A stretch of 64,000 nt of DNA from Candidatus Cloacimonadales bacterium (GTDB lineage Bacteria; Cloacimonadota; Cloacimonadia; Cloacimonadales; JAIOQZ01): positions 3,104,001 through 3,168,000 of the forward strand of contig OY771587.1 in the NCBI GenBank assembly GCA_963674825.1, read 5' to 3'. The position numbers and the translations under genes are program-made. How positions within the stretch are numbered: position 1 is the first letter of the stretch; every line of letters begins with the position of its first letter. Under the pieces are notes generated by a model, which did no database searches, was not told the origin of the DNA, and saw only the letters and a program-made list of their open reading frames with translations. Below, piece after piece: positions 14,535 to 25,016 of this stretch.

Positions 14535-15293
14535 ATGAAACGGACACTGAGTATATTCCTCTTGCTGGCGCTTCTGATTCCACTTTTCGGATTGCAAGTA
14601 CCTAAACAGAGCGGCAACGCAGTCAATGATTACGCGAACCTCTTCACGTCAACGCAACGCAACCAGCTTGAATCGAAACTACGTGAGATCGAACGGAAGA
14701 CATCATCGCAAGTCGCGATCCTGACCGTGAAAACCCTTAATGGTGAACCAATCGAGAGCTATTCGATCAAGGTCGCAGATCAGTGGAAGCTGGGTACGAA
14801 AGGCAAGGACAACGGCGTTCTGGTCGTTGTATCGAAGAACGAACGCAAGGTGCGTATCGAGGTGGGATATGGGCTGGAGCCTGTTATCACCGATCTCGAA
14901 GCACATTACATCATCAATAAAACCATTATCCCCGAATTTCGCAAAGGTAACTATTTTCAGGGACTCTATACGGCTTCCGAGCAACTCGGTGGCCTCATCT
15001 CCAAAGAATTCCAGATCAGTCCCGACGAATTGAAAAAAGCGCAGAAATCGACTGAACGCACGAAGCGAACGCATATACCTGTGGGGTTGATCGTGTTCGT
15101 TATCTTTATCCTCTTTGGCGGACTTCGTCGTGGACGGCGCGGAAGCGGTCTGCTCTGGCTGCTGCTTCTGAGCGGCGGTCATTCAGGTGGATCATCTCGC
15201 GGTTCTGGCGGTAGCGGCTTTGGCGGAGGAGGCGGTGGCTTCTTCGGCGGTGGCGGCGGCTTTGGGGGCGGAGGCGCAAGCGGAAGCTGGTAA
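14535..15293 (+). CDS. TPM-domain (YgcG-like) protein
   Basis: VNDYA, DNGVL, RIEVGYGLE, Gly-rich tail ending GGGGASGSW. Confidence 0.93.
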   Translation: MKRTLSIFLLLALLIPLFGLQVPKQSGNAVNDYANLFTSTQRNQLESKLREIERKTSSQVAILTVKTLNGEPIESYSIKVADQWKLGTKGKDNGVLVVVSKNERKVRIEVGYGLEPVITDLEAHYIINKTIIPEFRKGNYFQGLYTASEQLGGLISKEFQISPDELKKAQKSTERTKRTHIPVGLIVFVIFILFGGLRRGRRGSGLLWLLLLSGGHSGGSSRGSGGSGFGGGGGGFFGGGGGFGGGGASGSW

Positions 15294-15308
15294 CAACTGG
15301 AGGCAGGT

Positions 15309-15743
15309 ATGTTTCTATCCCTTCTCCTGATGACCTTCTTCATCTCGATCGTCGTATGCAACATCTGCGTTTTGATTTTTTCCAAGCCACTCAAGATGAT
15401 TCTTCAGCGGTTGATCAACGAGGATATCTACACAGCATGGCTGCGCTACATCAAGTTCGCCATCTACATCGTTGGTATCTCGGCGGGTGTCCGTATCAAT
15501 AGCATCGAGCAGTACATCAATCCATCCCATTATCTTGAGCACAGCAAAGTGATACCGCTGACTTATTCGCGTCTTTTCCTGGAAGTCTATCGGACGGTGA
15601 TCGGCGCATTGGCTGGAATTGCGTGGTTACTGCTGGTGTTCTTTATCTTTGCGCTGGTTGCTTATGTGATTACGAAAGCGTTCGAGTTGCGAGGTGTAAA
15701 AATCGCTTCGAAGCAGATCAGTCCAGTATCCACTCAAAAATAA
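15309..15743 (+). CDS. Hypothetical three-TM membrane protein
   Basis: Three hydrophobic helices, SD GGAGG. Confidence 0.75.
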   Translation: MFLSLLLMTFFISIVVCNICVLIFSKPLKMILQRLINEDIYTAWLRYIKFAIYIVGISAGVRINSIEQYINPSHYLEHSKVIPLTYSRLFLEVYRTVIGALAGIAWLLLVFFIFALVAYVITKAFELRGVKIASKQISPVSTQK

Positions 15744-16464
15744 CCGGTGCAGGCAGAAAGAGAACGCGATCGATTAGCTGCATAGCGTCCTGATCGACGG
15801 AGCCATTTCCAGAATATTTCAGCTTCATCTGATAGTCTTTGTGTTTTTCGAGAAGAGGATGGCGGTAATCGATGGATGCCAGATTTCCGTGCGCACTATA
15901 GTGATAGATCAGATATCCTGCGGGATCGTCGTAATTATCCACTTTGAAAATCGCAGCCGCTGTACGTCTTTCTGTTGCGATATATTCGTATTCGATATCG
16001 AGTGTTGGTAATGGAGTTGAGCCCATATTGTCGTTGTTACTGGTTGTTACCACAACCGTTCTCCGAGGTGGCTTGCCGTTTGTGTCCAAAAATCGCACAA
16101 TCGAGAAGTCCGAATCACCATTGAATGTAACTTTCGCAGGATCAATTCCCTCATACTCATATATCGCGTTGAAGCTGCGTGAGAGAAGCGTCCAGTTCAC
16201 CTTTGTCAATTGCTCGTTGAAATCCGGCATCATGATCAGAATCAGTTTGTCACCGGTATCGAAAAATCTGATATCACTCAGAGTGGTTCCGGTGTAGTTC
16301 AGCGTAGCGTAACCTATCTTCATGCCGTCAGCAAATGCTTCAAAGCTCACAGGATGGACTTTGCTTGTCGATTTCGGCTCGGGTTGCTGACCATTGCCGT
16401 TTTTTTTACAGGAAAATACCGACAGTACGGCCAGGATCATGAATATCGGGATTGCTCTTCTCAT
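15718..16464 (-). CDS. Hypothetical lipoprotein
   Basis: Lipobox VFSC after MRRAIPIF; SD GGAG; start reassigned to 16464. Confidence 0.7.
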   Translation of the reverse strand: MRRAIPIFMILAVLSVFSCKKNGNGQQPEPKSTSKVHPVSFEAFADGMKIGYATLNYTGTTLSDIRFFDTGDKLILIMMPDFNEQLTKVNWTLLSRSFNAIYEYEGIDPAKVTFNGDSDFSIVRFLDTNGKPPRRTVVVTTSNNDNMGSTPLPTLDIEYEYIATERRTAAAIFKVDNYDDPAGYLIYHYSAHGNLASIDYRHPLLEKHKDYQMKLKYSGNGSVDQDAMQLIDRVLFLPAPVIFEWILD

Positions 16465-16549
16465 TTGTGACTCCATTTCATTCTCAAGCGACAATGTGAC
16501 GTATGATAAAACTGGATGCAAGGTAATTCTTGAACTAAAGGTTATTCAC

Positions 16550-16587
16550 AAAAGAAAGAGCCCCCTCCACAAATCGCAAAGGGGGCT
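16550..16587 (-). terminator. Rho-independent terminator after the carboxypeptidase gene
   Basis: AGCCCCCT/AGGGGGCT inverted repeat with T-rich tail on the minus strand. Confidence 0.65.
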
Positions 16588-16595
16588 TCGAAGGT

Positions 16596-19500
16596 TTATT
16601 TCAACAGCAGCGCTTTCCGATTTTCGGTAAGGTTGCCGGCTTTGAAGCGATAGAGGTAAATGCCGGATGCAACAGGCTGTTCCCGGTCGTCCGTTCCGTT
16701 CCAGGTAACCTGATGATTACCTGCGCTGAACGATTCAGCAACCAGCTTTTTGACCCGTTGTCCCCTGATATTATAGATCGTGATTTCAACATCGGTTTTC
16801 TTGGATAGTGAGAACCGGATGCTCGTGGTTGGGTTGAATGGGTTAGGGTAGTTTCCAAAGAGCTGATCGGTGAACATTGGCGGTTCGTCAGCACTGGATG
16901 GATCCATATCGACGATGTATTCAACAGAGTTGGAGTTAACGTCCAGCATGAAGGTGAAGCTCTCCGCCTGACCCTGTGTTGTATATGGGATGCGTAGGAA
17001 GGTTCCGTCAAAGCCATCGGTTGACATGATCGACAGCGTCGAGATCACATCGCCAATATATTCTGCGGATTCAACGTTTTCGGCCAGTATCTCGGGCTGT
17101 CCGGGGAATACGTTTTCGGTTGCCCAGCAGGTGAGGTCGAACCCGATGATATCGGAATCGTTTTCCGTGCTGAAGACGAAGAAGTCGTCGGTTACCGTGA
17201 TCGTGACCTCAGCCGGTGTGACAGTCATATCAGGATCGTTGACCGGGAATTCATCGATAGTGCCGTCAATGTACTGTTGAAGAAGTGCCGCATCGCAAGA
17301 TTTGACCAATCCATTACCATCCACATCAGCTGTGACAGCGCGGAAATCTTCCCACGGGCGCGGATCGATCGATTCGAGCGGATCGAGTCCGGCAGCGTAT
17401 TGCATGATGTAGAGCGCATCGTCTTCGGTCAGTGTGCCCGATTCATCGACATCTCCGTATGTGATATTCAGATCCTGATCCCGGAAGATCTTGAAATCGT
17501 CGAAGTAGAATCCGTCATCGGTTACATACGTATCTGAAGAGAAGTAGAACTGCATCGACACATTGCTCTGACCGATATAGTCGGAGAGATTGTATTCGTA
17601 ATAATCCCAATCGACATTGCCGGTGAATGAATCGAATGTCACGTACGAACCATCTTCGCCGTAGACGCGGAGGTAAACGAAGTCATAGTCGGGTTCGGTA
17701 GCTACTTTCGCATAGAAAGAGAAGCTTGCAGACGTTGCATCGGATAGGTCCACCGTCTCAGAGAAGTTGCAATAGCTATTCGTATAATTGTTGTATTGCC
17801 CATTTGGGGAATCTGTGATAGACTGTGTTGGGCTGTAAAATGATGATGATGTGTAACCCCAGCTTCCGGTGAAGTCCCAGTAGTTCGTGGTGCTTTCCAT
17901 ATCGTCATACAGGTATGCCTGATACAGGAACAATTGCTGGTTGTTGACGTAATTCAGGTCGATTTCCCGTGTCGTCAGACCAAATCCATCCGCTGCGGCA
18001 GTGACTGTGAAGGTGCCTTTTGCAACGCCATCAAAGCTGAACTCACCGTTGGCATCCGTAATGACCGGTTCGAATGGAGTTCCGTGCAGTGTAACTTCTG
18101 CCCCTGCTACAGGAGCGAAAGTCTGGCCGCTACGCACGATCCCGTGAAAGTCGGTAGTGGTGGAAGGAACCAGAGAGACATCGTTCGTGACCACCTCGTT
18201 ATCGTTTACCACGATAACTTGCGTAACAGGCTGATAGCCATAGACGGAATATGTCACGTTGTATGCGCCGGGCATGACCATACGATAGTATCTACCAAAC
18301 TCTTCGTCGCTCTTGTAGGGATCGCGATATTCGCCGGTGTTGTCGATACCATCGATGAAGATTTCGCCAACCATGGGTTGGCCTGTATTTGCATCGGTGA
18401 TGATTCCGGTAATGGTATTGTAGTCGATACGATGGAGGAGCTCCAGCGCGCCGGGAAGGTTGTCGTTGCATATCCCTGGGATTTCGCTGGCTGAAGGGAT
18501 GAACTCGGTAGCCATCTCGACGGTGTAGCCGAAGATACCATGTACACCATAAGCCCAGTCATCAAGACCACCCATTGTGGGGTAGAGGACATAGGAATAC
18601 TGCGGTGTATAGTGGCCGTAACCAACTGCGTCGATGTTCTCTGCTACGTTTTCGCAGAGGTCCATAATCGCGTCTGCGTCAGGAGGATAGATGTCATTTC
18701 CATAGCCGTATGGTGCAAGGACAAGCTCGCCATGGGTATGGTAGCTGATTCCTGCGACGAAATGCCGGGAGTTGATAAGATCTCGTACTGCCTGGGTTTC
18801 CGGTTCGGAGAATTCTTCCGGTCCGTGGTACGTGGAGCCGTTCGGGTTATCGGTCGAGCCGACGTTACCCCATGCAAAGCCGTAGTTACGGTTGAGATCG
18901 ACTCCGTCGTCGCCGGTTCCAGTTTCATAATCACTGTTGAAATTGTGATTGTTGTTGTTATCCCGAATGTTTTTTCTCCACCAGATATCGGTCTGATCGA
19001 GAACAATCTTAGCACCATTGGGGTTCACGCGGGGGACAAACCAGATTTCTTTGGTGTCAACATCGTTGGTAATCTGATCGTCAATTCCGTAGTTGGTAAG
19101 GATGTAATCTAAAACAGTCATGCATACTTCAGTGCTGATCGGCTCGCGCGAATGATGCGCACCAAGGTAATAGATCGCCGGCTCGTCTTCGCTTTCGTTG
19201 ACGTTATCGGAAACTTTCATTGCCCAAATCTCATGCTGGAAATCGTCGTAATAGCTGTAGCCATCCTGCGCATATTCGATACCCCAACTATCACCAATGT
19301 CATAAAGCTGGCAGATTTCAGGATAGTCGTTGGCGTATTGCTCGAGGTCGGCAACCAATTCATCGTATTCACGATAACCCGCAATGGGACGGCCTTCAGC
19401 AGCGTTAAGATCTTCGATGACCTCTGCCTCGGTCTTCTCGATGCGGATGTTGAAGCCACGACTTTGCAGCTCATTGTATTGCTCTCTGGTAGCTACGATA

Positions 19501-19676
19501 TCGATGTAATCCGTGGTGTTTCCACCAGCTATGTCGTAGTCATTCTTCTGCAGGTATTCAATCTTGCCAGCATCAGGTTGAACGATGCGAGCGACAAATT
19601 TCTCGATTGCGGTTAATGATGTAAAGATGCCTGCAATGAGCAGGATCAATAACAGGTTGCGGAATAAATGGATCAT
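16596..19676 (-). CDS. Secreted M14 zinc carboxypeptidase with regulatory-like domains, dockerin and FlgD-Ig/T9SS-like CTD
   Basis: HSRE, NPNG, WRKN, GVDLNRNY, SYHTHG, TVEM; paired GDVDxxG Ca-loops; NYPNPFNP C-terminal domain. Confidence 0.92.
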   Translation of the reverse strand: MIHLFRNLLLILLIAGIFTSLTAIEKFVARIVQPDAGKIEYLQKNDYDIAGGNTTDYIDIVATREQYNELQSRGFNIRIEKTEAEVIEDLNAAEGRPIAGYREYDELVADLEQYANDYPEICQLYDIGDSWGIEYAQDGYSYYDDFQHEIWAMKVSDNVNESEDEPAIYYLGAHHSREPISTEVCMTVLDYILTNYGIDDQITNDVDTKEIWFVPRVNPNGAKIVLDQTDIWWRKNIRDNNNNHNFNSDYETGTGDDGVDLNRNYGFAWGNVGSTDNPNGSTYHGPEEFSEPETQAVRDLINSRHFVAGISYHTHGELVLAPYGYGNDIYPPDADAIMDLCENVAENIDAVGYGHYTPQYSYVLYPTMGGLDDWAYGVHGIFGYTVEMATEFIPSASEIPGICNDNLPGALELLHRIDYNTITGIITDANTGQPMVGEIFIDGIDNTGEYRDPYKSDEEFGRYYRMVMPGAYNVTYSVYGYQPVTQVIVVNDNEVVTNDVSLVPSTTTDFHGIVRSGQTFAPVAGAEVTLHGTPFEPVITDANGEFSFDGVAKGTFTVTAAADGFGLTTREIDLNYVNNQQLFLYQAYLYDDMESTTNYWDFTGSWGYTSSSFYSPTQSITDSPNGQYNNYTNSYCNFSETVDLSDATSASFSFYAKVATEPDYDFVYLRVYGEDGSYVTFDSFTGNVDWDYYEYNLSDYIGQSNVSMQFYFSSDTYVTDDGFYFDDFKIFRDQDLNITYGDVDESGTLTEDDALYIMQYAAGLDPLESIDPRPWEDFRAVTADVDGNGLVKSCDAALLQQYIDGTIDEFPVNDPDMTVTPAEVTITVTDDFFVFSTENDSDIIGFDLTCWATENVFPGQPEILAENVESAEYIGDVISTLSIMSTDGFDGTFLRIPYTTQGQAESFTFMLDVNSNSVEYIVDMDPSSADEPPMFTDQLFGNYPNPFNPTTSIRFSLSKKTDVEITIYNIRGQRVKKLVAESFSAGNHQVTWNGTDDREQPVASGIYLYRFKAGNLTENRKALLLK

Positions 19677-19913
19677 GAATCACTCCTCCCGGATACAATT
19701 TCTCATCCATACAATATACAAGTTCCGTTCCAAAAGTTGCGTTTCCTTGCTAAGAAATACGTGGTTAAGAATTGGTTTATTTTTCTTGACATTGAATTAA
19801 CGAATGCCATGATTTAGCTGTCGAGGGGAGGGACTCGAACGGGTTTTAATTTTCATTCAGTTCTTGTTTCTGTAACGAATTCATCATGAGAGTTGGAAAG
19901 GTAGGGTATTTTT

Positions 19914-22900
19914 ATGCGGTGTGTACTATTTCCCATTCTTTTGCTGTCCATTGTAGTCAGCTTGTTCTCACAGAGCCTTGTTATCAATGAAGTCATGTCA
20001 TCGAATTCATCAACGATTGAAGATTTAGATGGTGAACATCCGGATTGGATCGAGCTGTATAATAACTCCGATGATGCAATCAATCTCGATGGCTATGGCA
20101 TCACGGATGATCCTGACGAACCGATCAAATGGGTTTTCCCGGATATCACGATTGCAGCACACGGCCATATGCTGCTTTTTGCTTCCGACAAAGATATTGC
20201 TGAGGTTGAATGGTATTGGGAAACCGTGGTCGATTGGGGTGATGTTTGGCACTACAGGGTATTCGAATGTGAGCCATCACCACTATGGACTTCTATAAAT
20301 TACTCTGAATCCGGATGGGTGGAAGGTGAGAGCGGATTCGGCTATGGTGATGATGACGATGCCACTATTCTTCCACAGGTATTGTCAGTACACTTGCGCA
20401 AGGTCTTTATTTTGGAAAACGTTGATCAGATTCAGAGTGCTATTCTGCATGTCGATTTCGACGACGGATTCGCTGCTTATCTGAACGGTACGCAAATCGC
20501 TCAGATTTATCTCGAATCGACAGCGTTCAATCAGACAGCAATGTACAGCACGGAAGCGCAGCTCTACCAAGGTGGATTGCCAACTGCGATCGAGGTTGAT
20601 CCCGCCTTGCTTCAAGAAGGCGAGAATGTGCTGGCAATTCAGGTGCACAATTCATCGACAATATCTGCCGATCTGACCATGATACCTTTTCTATCACTGA
20701 AACTGGCGGAACTACCGCAGAACCCGCATGGTGCGAACCCAGTCTTACCGCTCGACTTTTTCCATCTTCACACTAATTTCAAGATCAGCGCTGAAGGTGA
20801 GGCAATCGCACTAACGGCTCCTGACGGAACATTGCTCGACGAAGTCGAACTCGGTTGCCTGGCAACCGATATCTCTTTTGGACGACAACCGGATGGTGAC
20901 GATGCATGGTATTATTTCTCCGAGGCGACACCCAGAACTGTAAATGATACACAGGGCTTTCTTGGGGTAACCAATGATGTGGCATTTTCACAGCCTGGTG
21001 GTCTTTATAACGGATCGCAGCAAATCACGCTCTCAGCGGAATCAAACGCTACAATTCACTACACGCTGGATGGAAGTTGTCCGGCCGATACATGCGAAGT
21101 TTATTCCGGGCCGATCGATATATCAGAAACAACCGTCGTTCGTGCGAGGGCATACCAGGATGGATGCATTCCGGGCTCGGCAGTGACTCAAACCTTTCTG
21201 ATCGACGCGCAGCATGTTCTTCCCATCGTTTCTATTTCAACGCATCCGGATAACTTCTTTGACTGGGAAACAGGCATTTACGTGATGGGGCCGGACGCTG
21301 AACCGGTAGAACCTTATTATGGAGCAAATTTCTGGCATGACTGGGAGAAGCCGATCAACATCGAGTTTTATGAACCTGATGGTGTGCAGGCTTTCAACAT
21401 AACTGCTGGCGTTAAAATTTTTGGAAATTGGACGCGTGTATTGCCACAGAAATCTCTGGCAGTTTTTGCAAGGTCCTGTTACGGTTGCAGTGAATTGGAC
21501 TATCAGCTATTCGATTCAAAACCTATCGATACATTCGAGTCATTCTTGCTTCGGAACTCCGGCAATGACTGGGCAAACACTCTGATCCGCGATGCACTGA
21601 TGACTGGACTCGTGGCCGATCTCGACATAGAGGTGCAGGCCTACCGTCCATCCGTGATGTATCTAAACGGAGAATACTGGGGTATACATAACCTTCGCGA
21701 GAAGGTCAACGAACATTTTCTCGAGTCGAATTGTGGTGTGGATTGTGATCACGTGGATATTCTGGAGCAAAACGGATTGATCAATGAAGGCTCGAATGAA
21801 CATTATCTGGCTATGATGGATTACATTTCAACGCACGACTTAAGTGATCATGCTGCTTATGAATACGTAGGTACTCAGATGGAGATCTCCAACTTCATCA
21901 CGTATGAGGTTGCTGAAATCTTTTACGTTAATACTGACTGGCCTGCAGGTAACATTCGCTATTGGCGTCCTCAGGTAGATGATGGACGATGGCGCTGGAT
22001 TCTATATGACACTGATTTCGGTTTTGGACGATACAGCGACTCAGCTTATATGAACAACACGCTCGAGTATGCGACCGATCCGAACAGCTCCGAAACATCA
22101 AATCCACCATGGTCAACATTTCTGCTCAGAAGCCTGCTCGAAAACGAATCGTTTCAAAACGACTTCATCAATCGATTCTGTGACCTGATGAACTCAAATT
22201 TTGCTGTTGACCGCATGATTGAACACATCGAGTCGAAAACTAATACTATCGAGTCGGAGATCCCCAACCAACGAAATCGCTGGGGCGATTATTATCTTAA
22301 TTGGGATGAGAACATTGATCGTTTGATTGTCTTTGCAGAAAATCGAAGTATATATATGAAGCAACACCTGAAGGATTATTTCGATCTGGAAGACATGCAG
22401 CAGCTTTCTCTTGGCGTTACTCCTTGTAATGCGGGAAGCGTGACGATCAATACGATCGAGATCGAATCGTTTCCGTGGCAGGGCGAGTATTTTCCGGATG
22501 TTCCGATTACACTTACTGCTAATCCGTCTTCGGGATATGTTTTCTCGGGTTGGGGTGGCTTGGATGCTACAGAGCAGACGATCACCATTTCGTTGACCGA
22601 AGCGCTAACACTGACTGCGTTGTTTGAGCTCGCTGAGCCGCAGCCGGAATTGGTTTGCCTCAACGAGATCAACTACAATTCCAGCGATGATTTCAATCCC
22701 GAAGATTGGGTTGAGATCCACAATGCAGGACTATCAGCGATCAATATATCGGGCTGGAAGTTCAAGGACGAAGAGGACGATCATGTCTTCACATTCGTGG
22801 ATGATACCTTGCTTGGACCGGGTGAATATCTGGTGCTCTGTGCAGATTCCGACCAATTTCTGGAGTGCTTTCCAAATGTTGCCAATCTGGTTGGCAATAT

Positions 22901-23429
22901 GGATTTCGGCCTTAGTGGGGGAGGAGAACTTCTTCGCCTGTACGATGCAGGTGGCAACCTGATTGATTGCGTCGAATACGATGATGGCGGTGATTGGCCT
23001 TCTGAGCCCGATGGCGACGGTGCTACGCTCGAATTGATCGATCCCGACTACGAAAACAGCCTGGCTGCGAGTTGGGCCGCATCGAAAGATCATGGATCGC
23101 CAGGAGAGCAAAATAGTTGTGATGTAGCAGTAGGTGATGATGTTCCTCCAAGCCAATACATGATCAGCAATTACCCAAATCCTTTCAATCCATCCACTAC
23201 TTTCGTTTTTTCGCTTCCTGAATCCGGCATAGTGGAAATCACGCTCTTTAATCCTAAAGGACAAAAGGTAAAAACGCTTTTCAGGGAGAAGCTGAGCGCA
23301 GGAAATCATGAGATTGAATGGGATGGTTTGGATTCTTCTGGCAAGAATGTTGCTTCAGGTGTTTACCTGTACCGAATGCGGGTGAATGGAAGTCAGGTTG
23401 CGCTCCGTAAGTGCCTGTTGATGAAATGA
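19914..23429 (+). CDS. Secreted CotH-kinase family protein with lamin-tail domains and FlgD-Ig/T9SS-like CTD
   Basis: LVINE...DWIELYN LTD repeats, IHYTLDGS, YLNGEYWG, NTDWP..N, YDTDFGF, NYPNPFNP. Confidence 0.9.
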   Translation: MRCVLFPILLLSIVVSLFSQSLVINEVMSSNSSTIEDLDGEHPDWIELYNNSDDAINLDGYGITDDPDEPIKWVFPDITIAAHGHMLLFASDKDIAEVEWYWETVVDWGDVWHYRVFECEPSPLWTSINYSESGWVEGESGFGYGDDDDATILPQVLSVHLRKVFILENVDQIQSAILHVDFDDGFAAYLNGTQIAQIYLESTAFNQTAMYSTEAQLYQGGLPTAIEVDPALLQEGENVLAIQVHNSSTISADLTMIPFLSLKLAELPQNPHGANPVLPLDFFHLHTNFKISAEGEAIALTAPDGTLLDEVELGCLATDISFGRQPDGDDAWYYFSEATPRTVNDTQGFLGVTNDVAFSQPGGLYNGSQQITLSAESNATIHYTLDGSCPADTCEVYSGPIDISETTVVRARAYQDGCIPGSAVTQTFLIDAQHVLPIVSISTHPDNFFDWETGIYVMGPDAEPVEPYYGANFWHDWEKPINIEFYEPDGVQAFNITAGVKIFGNWTRVLPQKSLAVFARSCYGCSELDYQLFDSKPIDTFESFLLRNSGNDWANTLIRDALMTGLVADLDIEVQAYRPSVMYLNGEYWGIHNLREKVNEHFLESNCGVDCDHVDILEQNGLINEGSNEHYLAMMDYISTHDLSDHAAYEYVGTQMEISNFITYEVAEIFYVNTDWPAGNIRYWRPQVDDGRWRWILYDTDFGFGRYSDSAYMNNTLEYATDPNSSETSNPPWSTFLLRSLLENESFQNDFINRFCDLMNSNFAVDRMIEHIESKTNTIESEIPNQRNRWGDYYLNWDENIDRLIVFAENRSIYMKQHLKDYFDLEDMQQLSLGVTPCNAGSVTINTIEIESFPWQGEYFPDVPITLTANPSSGYVFSGWGGLDATEQTITISLTEALTLTALFELAEPQPELVCLNEINYNSSDDFNPEDWVEIHNAGLSAINISGWKFKDEEDDHVFTFVDDTLLGPGEYLVLCADSDQFLECFPNVANLVGNMDFGLSGGGELLRLYDAGGNLIDCVEYDDGGDWPSEPDGDGATLELIDPDYENSLAASWAASKDHGSPGEQNSCDVAVGDDVPPSQYMISNYPNPFNPSTTFVFSLPESGIVEITLFNPKGQKVKTLFREKLSAGNHEIEWDGLDSSGKNVASGVYLYRMRVNGSQVALRKCLLMK

Positions 23430-23561
23430 GCTATACCGATATGGGCGCAAATAAATCCTAGCTAAAGGATAGCGTTAAAGTAAAATAAGTTTCTGGGTGT
23501 TGACAGATTTGTACAGTATATTTCTTTAGAATCTATTGAAGAAATTGTTAAAGGATGTGAT

Positions 23562-24959
23562 GTGGCGCTGACACCCGGTCAACTTGAAGGATTACTTGAG
23601 AACGTACAGGAAGCGGTTTGGGTTTTAAATCGTGACGGCTCGTTCGCGTACGTGAATAAGCCTGCGGCAGTGCTCTTTGGATTGCAGGAAAGCCAGTTCA
23701 ACAATTATCGCATCTTCGATTTCTTTGGTCCCGAAAATATCCATTTTGTGCAGCAGATATATAAGCGTGTACTCGAAGGTTATGAGCAGCAGTTCGAGAT
23801 TCCGCTCGTGGATGGAAGCGGAAACCGTAAATTGCTGCGTGTGCGAATTATACCGCACTACGCCAATCGTGTAATCGTGGGAAGCCTGCACTATGCGCTT
23901 GATATCACCCGTCAGAAAGAGACTGAAAGCGCACTGATTCTTACACGTGAACGTTATCAGCATCTGATCAACGACAAGAACGAGATTCACATCCGGCTTA
24001 CTTCGGAGGGAAAGATCGCCTTCATTAATCACGAAATGGTGAAGGAGCTCAACCTGCAACGTAAGGATCTCATCAACCGCGATTATCACGAGCTGATACC
24101 CAGGGAGAACCACGCCGATATCGAGCAGCATCTCGATTCTCTTACCCCGGATGACCCTAGCACCAGCTTCCAGATTCACATCCAGTTTCCTTTTGGAACA
24201 GGCGATTACATCTGGACGGTTCAGGCGATTTATTCCCATCAGAACGGAGAAGCGCAATTAATCGAATATCAGGTTACCGGCCGTAACGTCACCAATCGGC
24301 TCAACAATGTCAGCTCGGACGAAGCTCGACTCAAGAGCATCTCCGTGCAGACGATTCGCTCGCTGGCGAAGACCATCGAGGTGAAGGATCCCTATACTTT
24401 TGGGCACCAAATGCGTGTCGCACACCTTTCTGCTGTGATGGCGAGACTGATGGGCCTTGACAGCGACCAGATCGAGACCGTTTATTACGGCAGTATCGTT
24501 CATGACATCGGCAAGATATTCATTCCGTCTGATATTCTCAATCGCCCGGGGAAACTTTCGGACGTAGAGTTTACACTGATCAAGACGCACCCGCAAATAG
24601 GCTTCGATATCCTGAAAGAGATCGAACTGCCGTGGAATATTGCCGGCATGATCCTCGAACATCACGAGCATCTGGATGGCAGCGGCTATCCGCGCGGACT
24701 CAAGGCGGATAACATTATGCTGGAAAGCCGCATCCTGACGGTGGCGGACGTGGTCGAGAGCATCGCGTCACATCGTCCGTACCGCCCTGAGAAGGGAATC
24801 GAACGGTCGCTTACCGAAATCGAAGAATTCCGTGGGAGCCACTACGATCCGGACGTGGTCGATGTCTGTTTGAAGCTCTTCCGCGAAGACAGCTTTGAGT
24901 TCAGAAATCTGGATGAGGATCGCGTGCTCGATCCCGCCCTTACATCGCTGCTGGATTAG
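23562..24959 (+). CDS. PAS-PAS-HD-GYP cyclic dinucleotide phosphodiesterase
   Basis: Two PAS-like domains; DPYTFGH, HDIGK, HHEHLDGSGYP, VADV, HRPYR. Confidence 0.93.
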   Translation: MALTPGQLEGLLENVQEAVWVLNRDGSFAYVNKPAAVLFGLQESQFNNYRIFDFFGPENIHFVQQIYKRVLEGYEQQFEIPLVDGSGNRKLLRVRIIPHYANRVIVGSLHYALDITRQKETESALILTRERYQHLINDKNEIHIRLTSEGKIAFINHEMVKELNLQRKDLINRDYHELIPRENHADIEQHLDSLTPDDPSTSFQIHIQFPFGTGDYIWTVQAIYSHQNGEAQLIEYQVTGRNVTNRLNNVSSDEARLKSISVQTIRSLAKTIEVKDPYTFGHQMRVAHLSAVMARLMGLDSDQIETVYYGSIVHDIGKIFIPSDILNRPGKLSDVEFTLIKTHPQIGFDILKEIELPWNIAGMILEHHEHLDGSGYPRGLKADNIMLESRILTVADVVESIASHRPYRPEKGIERSLTEIEEFRGSHYDPDVVDVCLKLFREDSFEFRNLDEDRVLDPALTSLLD

Positions 24960-25016
24960 CTCTACAAAAGAACTTTGCATCCATTTCATCCATCACATCA
25001 CGAACAATAAATTGTA

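Noticed and set aside
15170..15290. GGC-rich low-complexity repeat
   Set aside because: It is the ordinary Gly-rich tail of TPM/YgcG proteins.
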